A DNA stretch of 64,000 nucleotides from NCBI GenBank assembly GCA_000182565.2, contig KQ257455.1. The stretch is one strand, 5' to 3'. This document shows, piece by piece, positions 39,920 through 51,300 of the stretch. This DNA is from Spizellomyces punctatus DAOM BR117 (lineage: Eukaryota). Numbering within the stretch: position 1 is the first letter of the stretch; every line of letters starts with the position of its first letter. Under the pieces are notes generated by a model, which was not told the DNA's origin, did no database searches, and saw nothing but the letters and a program-made list of their open reading frames with translations. Both the position numbers and the translations under genes were made by a program.

Positions 39920-41566
39920 ATGTCTCGTCTTCTCTCCCTCTCGAAACCGTGTTCCTTGCGCTGGCGAGCTCAGCAATCACCTCGGCCATGGCGTCCGCAC
40001 ATCCTCAGTTACTCAACGAATCAGAAGGACAATGGACCATCCTTATCAAAGCCACTATTAGTTCGGCAACGAGTACATCGAGGTGAAAATACGGTTTGGA
40101 CTGTCATGCAGATGCAGTCTCCCGCGTTCGTTGAACCTAGTGAGACTCTCTCACAACGCGGCTGGACCGTCGACCGACAAGTTATAAATCATCAAGTAAA
40201 TGCATCAACTGGCGCACACGTTGCATCAGCATCAACAGCGGTAAAGTTGTCCTCTCCCCGTTCCATTGCCAATTTCTTGGTTTCGCAAGTCCGCGATAAA
40301 TTGGCGATGGGATTCTTACCGAAAGGCTATCCGCATTCTGTGACGCCGGATTATACGCCCTATACCATTTATTCGTTCCTGCATTCAGTGTCTGGTACTC
40401 TGACAGGTACGCTATCAACGCAGGCCCTTTTGCACGCGCTAGGAATGGGTGCAGCAGCGGCCGCCGGTTTGGCTGCCACAACGAACTGGATTATAAAGGA
40501 CGGCTTTGGTCTTTTGGGTGGTGTCATATATGCGGGGGCGACCGCCAATCGCTTCGATTCTAGTCCGAAGCGATACCGATTTCTAGCTGCTGTAGCGATT
40601 CAGGTGGCGACACTTGCCGAGCTGCTGACTCCCCTCTTCCCGCACTTGTTTGTACCTATGGCCAGTGTATCAAATATCTGCAAGAACATTGGATGGCTGG
40701 CTGCGAGTGCTACACGTGCATCCATGCACAAGGGTTTCAGCAAGGAAGATAATTTGGGAGATGTCACTGCAAAAGCCGGAGCACAAGCTACGACAGCTGG
40801 TTTGCTCGGAACGGGCGGCGGTATTTTGCTGAGCTGGGCATTTGGAACAGCACCAATGAGCCTGATGACTATCTTTGTTCCTCTTTGTGCGGCAAACATG
40901 TGGTTTGCCTATCGAGCAAACGAAGCTGTCGTGACACGATCCATTAATTTAGAGCGGTGCGAGTTAATCATGCACGATCGAGTACGACATGCTTTGAACG
41001 GACATGATGCACCTCCACCACGTTTGCCGACCCCAGAGCACATTTCCGCGCAAGAGCACTTTATTTTCCCATATCGCTCCATCTTTTCCACACCGCTGTC
41101 ACTCGAGCCGTCCCTTCAGCGCCGTCTCAATTCCCTCTCAAGTCCATTAAACTGGCAAGCATTTCTTTCGGGAAGTATGTTTGGGTCACCTGGGCACAAA
41201 GAGGAATACCGGGTTCTTATTGTTCCAGGTCCTACTGGCGGCAAGAAGCAGCACAGTATATGGACGCGCTTCACATCTACCGCACCTTCCAATTCTGGAG
41301 TACACGTCTGCTGCTGGTACACCGAAAACGCGAAATCCGAAGATATGCTCAAAGGGTTTTATCATGCATGTGTCCTTCGAATGCTATGCGAGTCCAGGAC
41401 GGATATGTCGGAAGAAACTCGCATGCACCTCGTACGACAGGGCTACGAAGTGGTAGAGCGATCGTTTGGGGACTTGATGGAGAGCCTTAGAGCGGAGGGA
41501 TGGGAATTGTCGCACACGCATTTGGGTGATAGAAACGCAAGAATTGACGTTGGCCATTCAACGTAG
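39920..41566 (+). CDS. RUS1: RUS1/C16orf58 (DUF647) family protein, apparently intronless
   Basis: FLPKGYPHSVTPDY..Y, LSTQALL.ALG, NWIIKDGFG, FDS.PK.YR, ATRA, NLGDVTAK. Confidence 0.9.
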   Translation: MSRLLSLSKPCSLRWRAQQSPRPWRPHILSYSTNQKDNGPSLSKPLLVRQRVHRGENTVWTVMQMQSPAFVEPSETLSQRGWTVDRQVINHQVNASTGAHVASASTAVKLSSPRSIANFLVSQVRDKLAMGFLPKGYPHSVTPDYTPYTIYSFLHSVSGTLTGTLSTQALLHALGMGAAAAAGLAATTNWIIKDGFGLLGGVIYAGATANRFDSSPKRYRFLAAVAIQVATLAELLTPLFPHLFVPMASVSNICKNIGWLAASATRASMHKGFSKEDNLGDVTAKAGAQATTAGLLGTGGGILLSWAFGTAPMSLMTIFVPLCAANMWFAYRANEAVVTRSINLERCELIMHDRVRHALNGHDAPPPRLPTPEHISAQEHFIFPYRSIFSTPLSLEPSLQRRLNSLSSPLNWQAFLSGSMFGSPGHKEEYRVLIVPGPTGGKKQHSIWTRFTSTAPSNSGVHVCCWYTENAKSEDMLKGFYHACVLRMLCESRTDMSEETRMHLVRQGYEVVERSFGDLMESLRAEGWELSHTHLGDRNARIDVGHST

Positions 41567-41699
41567 AATTTCCATAGAATCATTGAGACTCACTCACTTT
41601 TCACACCGGTGCTGAACTCTTTCCTTCTGCGACTTTGAACTGTGCAGTGGGTCGTTTTGTTTATTGGTATTCCACGTTCTTTGCCCATCATCCTGCATA

Positions 41700-42150
41700 T
41701 CAAAAACGACTTTTGGTCGCCGATCATGTTACATAATCATGAGTCATGTAGCGAAATCCCCTCATGTCAAAAGGTTTGTTATTCACTTGCCATGAAAGTA
41801 TTCCAATGCCTCGTAGATCCCATAAAGGACTCGCACAAATCTGCTTTCTACCAACCGATCCGCCCTGGTTCCAAGCCCACCTCATAACGTCAGACTCTTC
41901 CTCCCTTTCCATTCTCGGCACCCCAGCACCTCCAGACGCTCATCCACCGATTCACAGTTGTTGCGCTCCCACACCCTTTTGGGCGCTTCGTATCCGGGAA
42001 TGGCAAAGTGATGAGGAAGCTCGATGTATTGTTCAGCAATGGGGAGGGTTTGAGTCGGATGTTGTGGAGCTGAGTAGTATTTTTGTGGGATGTGAGGGTG
42101 GACAAGAGGTTGAGGCGGATGAGGGAAGGGTGGAGTTTGTTACGAGTTTG
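41700..42150 (-). pseudogene. Possible decayed protein kinase fragment
   Basis: LNLLSTLTSHKNTTQLHNI..FLITLPF (like subdomains III-V) and, in another frame, VLYGIYEALEYFHGK* (like subdomain VIa), with stops and frameshifts. Confidence 0.3.
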
Positions 42151-42359
42151 CTAAAAGTTGAAGAGGTGAGTCAGCGAGTTTAAAAACTGGGCATACGCTC
42201 TGGACTCTTGTTAATGTATGCGTAGGATGCAGAGAAGCACATGAAGCGGTAAAACTACAGACATGTAACATGCTTTATTTGGGTGTGCTTACGTTCAGTC
42301 CTTCTAGATACTTTCGTCAACTCACACCAACGACCAATGCGACTATATGTCTGGGTCAG

Positions 42360-42760
42360 ATGTCTCTTGAAAATGTTAACTTTCAACCGTGCAGTTCACA
42401 TTCAGAGAGCGATGATATACCGGGAACCGTGGACGATGAAGATGAAAGCCATACTGAGTGTTCTATGGATGAGAGCAGGCATAATTCCGATGACAACAAC
42501 CGAGGATGGTCAGATCGTGAAGGATTTGACAAAAACGACATGCTCAATGCCAACTCTGACGACAATGATGCAGACAAGAGCGATACGGATCACTCATTAG
42601 CCCGACCAATGTGGAATGAGCTGGATGCCCAATTTTAAAACATCAAATACATTGCCTGAAATCTCTTGCAGCACGTCTTACCGACAAAGGTGGAGATAAC
42701 GGCAGTTGCAATTGAAGAATGCAGGAAGTGCACGAATTTTTATTATTTTTTTCAATGCAC
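42360..42760 (+). pseudogene. Acidic segment followed by a stop-interrupted NF-YB/DR1-like histone-fold fragment
   Basis: ELDAQF*NIKYIA*NLLQHVLPTKVEITAVAIEECRKCTNFYYF in one frame. Confidence 0.3.
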
Positions 42761-42869
42761 CTGTCGCCCTTGTGCACCCGTCACTTGCGCTAGTCATCGC
42801 CATGTGTGCATGCCCGCATTCGCACATTCAGTCCTTCTGTTAGTTCCATTTTACACCCAATTATAGTGT

Positions 42870-44609
42870 TCATTTTGGTCCCTGCGGATACACGTTACCG
42901 CCAACGCCCCCCATTGGCATCGTGGGGTTAACCGGACTAGTACCCATATACGACACATATGGGTTAGAAGGGAAACCGTAACCACCAGGCTGGAACATGG
43001 GCGAAAACATCCCGCCTCCACCCATCAACGGCGAGCTCAACTGCGGTGCTATAGCCATGATCTTGAATTGTATGGTCAGACCTCGAATCATACCAACGTA
43101 TAATCCAATCTCGGGGGGTGGAGGAACGTGGTTTCCGTATTTCTTCTCCATTTCCCCACGGAAGGGCCGCAGAATTTCCTCCAACTGCGTGCGGTATTCA
43201 TCGGGGATGGTCTTGAACAAGTCGTCCCAACATTCGGCGCTTGCTTGAACAGCTGATGGTGATCTTGGAGGAAAGAAATTGGACGGGATGGGTGCTGAGA
43301 GACAGATGGTCAGATAATGCCGAATACAGCGACATTTGAAAGATTTCAACACATACTTGCTACATAAAAGTTGCGAACAGAGTAAATTTTGTTCCCAATT
43401 TCTATGATTGGCGGGGGAATCGGCGGAGCGGGCATTTGAGCGTGGACAGTGCCCGTGGGCACTCCTTGCAAGTGCCTCTCATCAGGTTCTGCGGCCAGGG
43501 CAGAACTTTTCTCCTGGCTATCCTGGAGCCTGACGTGCGGCAGACGTTGCTGGACTTGATCAAATTGTCCGGCTGCTTGCTTGTCTTGCAGCATGCGATC
43601 CGTTCTTTTTTGTTGCGATGTCTCAGGAGTTGCAGGTGTCGCAGAGCTAAGATCCAGCATTGATCGCTTTCCTTTGTCCAATTTTGTTTCCAGCGCGAGT
43701 TCATCAGTAGGACTTAATTTTGACAAGTCCAAATCAACCTCATCTTCATCTTGGGGACTTAATTTTGACAAGTCCAAATCAGCCAAATCTTGGGAATTCA
43801 AAGCTGCGTCTTTGCCAGTCGTGGCGTTACGCGCTTGCACCTGGGATTGCGGCTCCACTTGCACTCTGCGCGTACTTTGCTCTGGCGATGCCGCCTTCTC
43901 TTTCAGACTCGGGATGCTCTGATCCAAAGTGGGTTTCTTTCCCTTCTCAAAATTTGATTTCAGCGCCGCTTCATCATTCATAGTTAACTTGGTTAGATCC
44001 AAATCAACCTCCGGGGAATTCCAAACTGTATAACATGAATTCTGTTAGTCACAGTTCTATGCGCTCCCATTCGCTTTTGACCAGTCGGACCTTGCTGTTG
44101 GGATAGTTCTTCCTTAATAACCTTACGGGTATCCTTTTGTTGGGCCATGTGCATTAAATCTGCATACTGCAAAGTGTTACGATGTTACTTGGGGATCAAG
44201 CGAATGTTCAAATGTTTAAAAACAGCTGTGGCGGAAAGCAACTCACGGTCATGCCCCCATGATCGGTAAGGGAAATGTCAAGTTTTGGCGCTTTGCCAGG
44301 GATTCTGTCAGCTATAATGTCAAACTCCTCAGCTCTCATGTAGACCTTGCCATGGGTTCTTGCGTATTCGTTCGAGTTGAAGGTAGCTCCCTCTTGAATG
44401 CCAGTGCCAGGACTGGAAGTGGAGTCACTTCTTTTGGGCCGAGTGGACGACCCTTTTGTTGGAGTTCCAGCTACACGAAAAGCCAGATCCGGGGGGCCCA
44501 ATGGCACACCACTCTTGCTCGGCAAAAGAGGTATTTTGATTGGTCTTGCAGACCGCACATTGTCGTCTTTTGACTGGGACACTTCTTCCCATGCATGTGG
44601 TTTGTTCAT
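42870..44609 (-). CDS. Orphan multi-exon protein with internal DLDL(S/T)KL repeats and a G/P/M/Y-rich tail
   Basis: Three collinear minus-strand ORFs (44208-44609, 43346-44002, 42870-43352) separated by GT-AG-like introns. Confidence 0.6.
43710..43781. repeat. Tandem repeat, 45-bp period, 27-bp identical core
   Basis: GGACTTAATTTTGACAAGTCCAAATCA at 43710 and 43755; a diverged third copy lies near 43985-44010. Confidence 0.9.
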
Positions 44610-45300
44610 GGCGATCTTGTGCTACTAATAAGCTAACACATACCGATTAAGTCTTTCTCGCTTTACACGGAGCTCTCAGACGCACAACAAAAGGCCAGCA
44701 TGGATAGAGAGCAATGCATTATGTCGCCTATTGCGAATTGAGAGTTTAGCTTACCTCGTAGTGGAGGACAAAAGGGTTGCCACGAACGTACAACCGTCAG
44801 CAGGATAAACGAAACCTGCACCAGGAGACGAACGGGCAGGTGAAAACGTTAGCCTGATGAAGTAGAAGCATTTGCAAAAGCACCTCGTCCTCAACTATTT
44901 ACCAACCCAAAGAAATAAGGCTTCCGGCGCAAGTTCTTGGGAGCGTGGGAACTTTTCCAGACTTTGGAGCTGTCAAAGACCCCAGGATGAGTAAGCAAGT
45001 GGCACAGTCATACACCCTTAAAAACGATGAAGACGACTGAATTTTGATCATTCGGCAGGAATTTTCTAGCATTTCAATATGCTACGAACGTAACTGCATT
45101 GGTGCACAATATCTGGAACACGCATGCTTATGTATTAGTGCTATCGCCGTCGTTGGGGTTTGGGGATAAAGATATGATCGGTTTGCTTACTCATCAAAGC
45201 AAGACGCGTAGAGCCGGGCGGGTTGGTAAAGTGAGCACGAAATCCATAGTCCTAATATATTGCAAAGTATTATGATACAATGATATGTAATATGTAAATG

Positions 45301-48300
45301 TCATTCCAAGTTATCCTCAAGTAGTCCCGATGATTCAACATCAAAGAGCACTTCATTGTCAGGTTGTTTCTGCTTACGATCCTTCTTTCCTTTGAATAGA
45401 GATGGCTTCATCATTGAAGGGCGCGGAGGGTGAGCTGGAGCTACTTGCAAAGTTTCGCTTTCTGATGGAAGGTTATGCTTGCGCTTCTGGAAAAGTTTCT
45501 CCCGAACTAAAGCTCCAGTATTGGCTAGGACAGCACGGAGAGCCTCTACGTGAGAGCATTGATGAATATGATGCTCTTTGTACGGAAACGAAATTACCAA
45601 GTGTGCACCTCGTTTAACGGCATCAAGAAAATCCAACCATGTCCAGGTCTTATTCCGAAACTCGAGGGTTGGCATTCTGAAAGCGAACATGTACAGATCT
45701 TCAATGTTTTTTTCTTTCGAACCCTAATTTACGACTTAGTCTTATTTCCAACACAGGACAGAAAAGATAACGAACGCACCCGGTAACTCAGGCAATGCTG
45801 TCCACCAGGCATCTTAATGTAAATGAAGGAGCGATTTTCGGATGCACGGGCTTGCATTTGCTTGAGCTCATTGACTTTATGCTCTGTCTGCGTCACTTTC
45901 AAAGCCAAGTCTTCGCGCGAATCACTCCGGTTGCTTCCTCCTCGTTGATGCCCGTAACTAGAAAAGGCGCCAGTTTTGAATTTTCGGCGTCGTTCAAAGG
46001 TGGGTGACGCTTCGTTCTCGGATGCAGAGCCGTGTTTGCTGCTCGTTATCGATGCGATATCCTCTATGGCGCCAGACGAATGTCGGGAAGACTCAGAAGC
46101 ATTCGACCGGATACTTCGCACGGTCAGCTGCTCTGGATCAACCTTAAAGCTCTTTCTCGAACTCCTATCCTCCGTATTACTGAGAGCACCATTGTCCTTT
46201 GCTTCAGCCCGAGCCCTTTTCTCGGGAAACAGATAGTAGACGATTTGTTTGGCCATATCGTATGTCACCTGAATCAGTAAGGGGAAAATATTGACTTCGA
46301 AATGGTCCACAACTTTGATTCCAGCGACAGGAGCCATCTCGCGCCAGTATACTCGCAACATTTTATGACGCGTAAAATCAACGTCACGCTTGTCCGGGTT
46401 GTAAGCGGCGATCACTTCTTTGAAGGCGTTTGGTGTTGTCATTTGATTCTCTACATGAACCTGATCGATATGCAAAGTATTTATGCTTGATTGATCTTCG
46501 TGTTGAATCCAGGTAAACTGTGCAACGTCCAGCGTCCACTGACACATAGGGGAGTTATCGTCCGCTAACATGCACCAGACAACCTTATCGACCGATACAA
46601 ATGTCTGCCAAGATATAGCCACTGATTTGCGCTTTTGCTGCAAAATTTGCAGTGTTTTCAGAGCATTCACAATGACAATGAGCTCGTCTTGATGGTGAAC
46701 CAGGTGACGTTGCAATTCCAAATTGCGGACCGCTAGTGCGCTTTCGTTTGGAGACTGTTTATCAGGCGTTGGAACTCCCCAACGAAGTAATGCATCAGCA
46801 TGCCGTATCTTTTGCTGAAGGTTAATTACCGTCTCTTGCACTTTATGCAGATCATCCATCTGCTCTAGAACAAGCATCATCTTCTTCAGGCGTTCCGTGC
46901 GCTCCCCTCGAACAGGATCTCGGTATATCAGCAGGTTTCCAATAACATCATGGATTATCATATACTGGGCAGCATTGGCAGAAATAATAAACGTTGGGAA
47001 ATTGACATGTAGAGTCTGGGTCAATTCGGGGCTGTTGATGGCTCTATCGGTCTTGAGATAGAGTGGGTTGGGCACATCTCGGTGGAAACTGGCAGAGGTG
47101 CGTTCCACCACCCTCTGAAGGTAACCAGAATGTGAAGAGTGATCGATAAGGCACTCGATCGGGACCCATACAGGCCATGGTCGTGCAGGGTCTTTAGCCG
47201 TTGCTGGATGTCGCTGCATGATGATATTGTCCAGGTCAAACTCGGGTGCCTCGTCCAGATCCGCCTTTCTCACGACAAAGAGTTGGGCATTTTGAATGCT
47301 GAGTATCGATCGCGTTTTGATAATTTGTTCGTTTCGATCACTGTACTCGTCAGGGGCTTGTGCAGAACAGGCTTGAGCATCAAGAACGAAGACGGAACGC
47401 AGCTGCATGCTTTCGGCGGCTACCACCACCGTTTCCAAATGGCTTGGATCGTTCTTTGGTTCCGCTTCCAGGTTCACCTGTGGATTAATAAGCTGGACGA
47501 TGTAGTTACTTTCATACGTTTGATTCTCGGCAACGTAATCGGGTGAGTCGGGCTCTCTTGATGGTATATAGGCCTTTTGACTAGTAAACGCCGACGCTGA
47601 ACCTCTGGTCGGGCTAGCACTGACGGATTCGTCGTCTTCGACTTCAGCTTCGTTCGGGACTGTGAAGTTTGTATCCAACTCTGACAAAAGCTTCAAGAGC
47701 AGTTCTTGCGCCATGGATGCATTCACATTCTTGACGGCCATCGTAGACCGCTTTGATCGTGATGGTGCTGGTGCCTTTGGTATTTCGAGAAGCGGATCAG
47801 AGAGATGGTCAACCAGCTCCGCGCCTCGCTTACGGTCTGCGACAGACGACACAAGTTGACTCATAATTCTTGTCGCTGTGCTGGACAGGCAGTACTTGAC
47901 CGCTAGGCGCTTCTCTTGTAGGGCGAGCATATTGAAGATCAGGTTTCGCACTGCTTTTTTCCAAAGGAAGTTCACGTTATGAACGATATAATGGTGTTTG
48001 AACAGCGCAGAGGGTGGTAATCGCGCATCTGTGCGACTGAGAGTGGAGAAATCAAGTCCATCTGTAGTAACAAACACATGAATTTGTGATTTGTGACGGT
48101 TCGAAACATGGCTCGAAATTACCTCCTGTGTCAATTTTCTTTTGACAGGTCCGTATATATCGCTCGATGACTACTTTCTTTTCATGTAATACCGCCATTT
48201 TTTCTACAATGATTTGTGATTGCTATCAATAGAAATTGTAGTTAGCGCGTTTGTTGCCAACTTCCAGATATTGCAAACGGCTTATACCTGTCGGAGAGAG

Positions 48301-51300
48301 TCGTCAAAGAAAACAGCCATTCGGTATTCCAGACCCTTTTGCACCTCCAAGTAATGTCGAATGGAAGATTCGATCTCTCGTAGCCGATTTCTGAAGAGCG
48401 ACATTTGCGCAGCGTAAACATCTATAACCAACAGAAAAAGGAATCAGATCAAGAGGGATATGAAAGGGGTCAGAGATCCAGAAATGCACCTCTCCGCATT
48501 CGCGTATTATCGTGTCCCGCCACCGTCGTTTGGTCACTACGTCTGAAATAAATGATTCGGGGAGACCATGCGAATGGAATCATCTTAACATTTTCCGCGC
48601 TGTCGCAATAACGGTAGTCCTGCGTAAACAGCCATTCTCGGGTATCATTCGCATCATGAGATGTATCCGGTGTCCCCTTTTCCGCGTCTCCCTCCATCCC
48701 CTGGCCCAATGATATGACCCTGACCTCGATTTCTGTGAATCCCATCTCTGACGCACTGAGATTCCATTTAATGGTAGACTTCCTAGTGAGCAGCTCCTCC
48801 TTTGGACGACGTTGCTTGATTAAATGTTGGATCCAAGTCATATCAACACCCATTTTTTCCGCACGACATCGAAGTCCAATCGCTCCGTTCCCTTCCTCGA
48901 CTTCAGCTACGAAGCCAAGTAACAGAGGGTACATCGTGGTTACAAGTTGCAAGGTGCTGATCACACGGCCAAGCTTTTGCTTGGAAGGAGCTGGCCCAGT
49001 GCCCTCTTGGAAGATCTTGCCTCGACGGATGGGAAGGCTCGTCAATACGGACTGATACACTTGAGTGACCATGAAAAAGCGTTCCAAAGTATGCACACTC
49101 AAATTCAGGCAATTCATCGGTTCTGCCAAGCCAGAATAGAAAGGTCTTGGTGACTCTATCTTCAGCGTAACATGAATGCTTTGGGTTCGGAAGCCTTTGA
49201 ACGAATCCCATATCTGGAGTAATCCACGTGGTAAGCAGAGTTATTAAAACATTGACCTCATCCACCGTGCGTATACCTCATATGGATGTTCAGAACGACA
49301 AAACTCTGGTGCCCGTAGCACCAGATCGGTGTGGACCTTCCGAACCAGCGCTTCTTTCCGACCTTTAAGCTTCTGCTGTGGAAGGAAGTCAAAACCAAGA
49401 GCGATCCGTGCTCCGCCTGTCATTCTTGCAATCACATCTGCCTGACCACAGTCGATTCCCGAGGAGGAAGCAATCTCATGTCGAGCAGTTGGGAGGGAAA
49501 ATGCCAATTCCCCACACTCTATTGTTATGTCTTCCCCAGCCTGCTCGCTACCGTTGATATCCACGCAAACACCGTCCTCCAAGCAAATATCCACGCCCTC
49601 GGTTCCCCAGTGCTTTCGTCGATCGAAATAAGGTGATGTCGAACCAAGGATGCGACATCGGATATCACCTCCTCCAGTGATATTGATGACATTATGACCA
49701 TGCAAAATGAGCCGAAGTTTATCCCACCAGCCGATAGGAGCACTAGGGTCGACGTTTGGCTTGGTGAATGTATCAAAGACGCCCATCACGTCGGCAATTC
49801 CGGGTTCGGTTGCAGCGCCCCAGCACAATTGGATAGTTGAGGATGTTGTGATCGTGGTGTTAAATGAGGTATACAACTTTGTCGGGTTCACGGTTCGGCC
49901 TATTCGCAGCGGTTCCTCCGCAATCGGGTCAAGAGGAATATATACGGTACGCTTTGACTCGGTTCCGGACGCTTGTTCAGCGATAATTAGCAATCCTTCT
50001 GTTTTCCAGCTGGAAGTAGCCGATTTTGGAATGTGCACGATGGGAAGCGGATAGTCTCTAATACGTAGAGACATTTCGCCTAAATTGATTGTGACATCCC
50101 TCGGGATGAGATCGTCATAGAGTGCTCGGGCAGGGGTATTGGGATCCATTTTATGTAGAGACTCTTCGACAGTCGATGCAGGAAGAGAGGGAGCTGACAG
50201 GCGAACAGATAGGTCGGTGAAAACAGCAGTCATCAGTGGAGGGAACCAAGCGTCTGGATGAGCGTGTGAGTTCCGAATACGATCAAGCCAGGCTCGTGAG
50301 TTGAATTCCTGTAGCATCCACCAAGCATTTTCAACTTCAATAGTTTTCCTGTGGAAACAGCATTATCAATAATTATAACGAAATGTTGCTCCCGATGAGC
50401 ACAAAAACGCACCCTGTTATGGGGTTATAGTGATATCGACCGTCATCCATGGCTCGTAAGGCGGCGGCTTTCTTCTGAAAGGCCTTATCACGAGCTAGGC
50501 GGCCTTCTTGTTCTTCGGATCCCAGTAGGTAATTTCGCGAGAGAGCTGATTCAAAAGGATCATCCATGAGTTTAACTACAATCCGAACAACGGTAATCAT
50601 GATCACGGGAATCTTCTCTGGCACGACATGAGTACGGCCATGGGCAGAACAGTGGGTTTTCGCGCGCATTCCCAAATGCCTGATGAGTAATAATTTAATC
50701 CCTTTTTGCAAATTGATGGAGTTTTCAATGATCGTTGACATTTTGAATCCATAGGGGACCGTGAAGTTTAGAAAGTTGATCTCGCAATTGACGACAGTTG
50801 TGTGTCTGACGCCTCCATTTATGGCCGGCTTCTTCTCAATCTGAAAAGTTGCATCCTTCACCAGCAGGATTTGGCCATGTTTGGGCTGCTCATGTTCTAG
50901 TAGTACATCCAGAGTGGCCTTACTGAGGTCCACACGTGTCGCACCGTCGTCCGTTAAAGTGATTGTAATGGGATCGAAGATCAGACGAACCGGCACTTCT
51001 TCTGGGAGGACAATGTTAAGTGTTACCCTATCAATAGTAACCATGCCTCGTTGCTTATTTCGCGACGGTACTGCTTCCACGTCATGGTTCTCCGCCTTCT
51101 CCACACTGAAAAGCTTCGCAAGCTTGACACAAAATAATGTGGCCATCAGACCTACATAGAATGTTTTCATACTAAAGTGTATGGTGACTTCGTCAATCTT
51201 TAAGTTTGGGCCGGTGGGAAACTCACTCGGCTCTGCGTCAACATATAACTCCAGTCGACGTACGTCCAAGACAACGTCTTCTCTGGTCCCAGTGGCGAGA

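Noticed and set aside
43710-43781. Direct repeats resembling a CRISPR repeat-spacer unit
   Set aside because: Two copies, in frame in a eukaryotic coding exon, with no cas genes.
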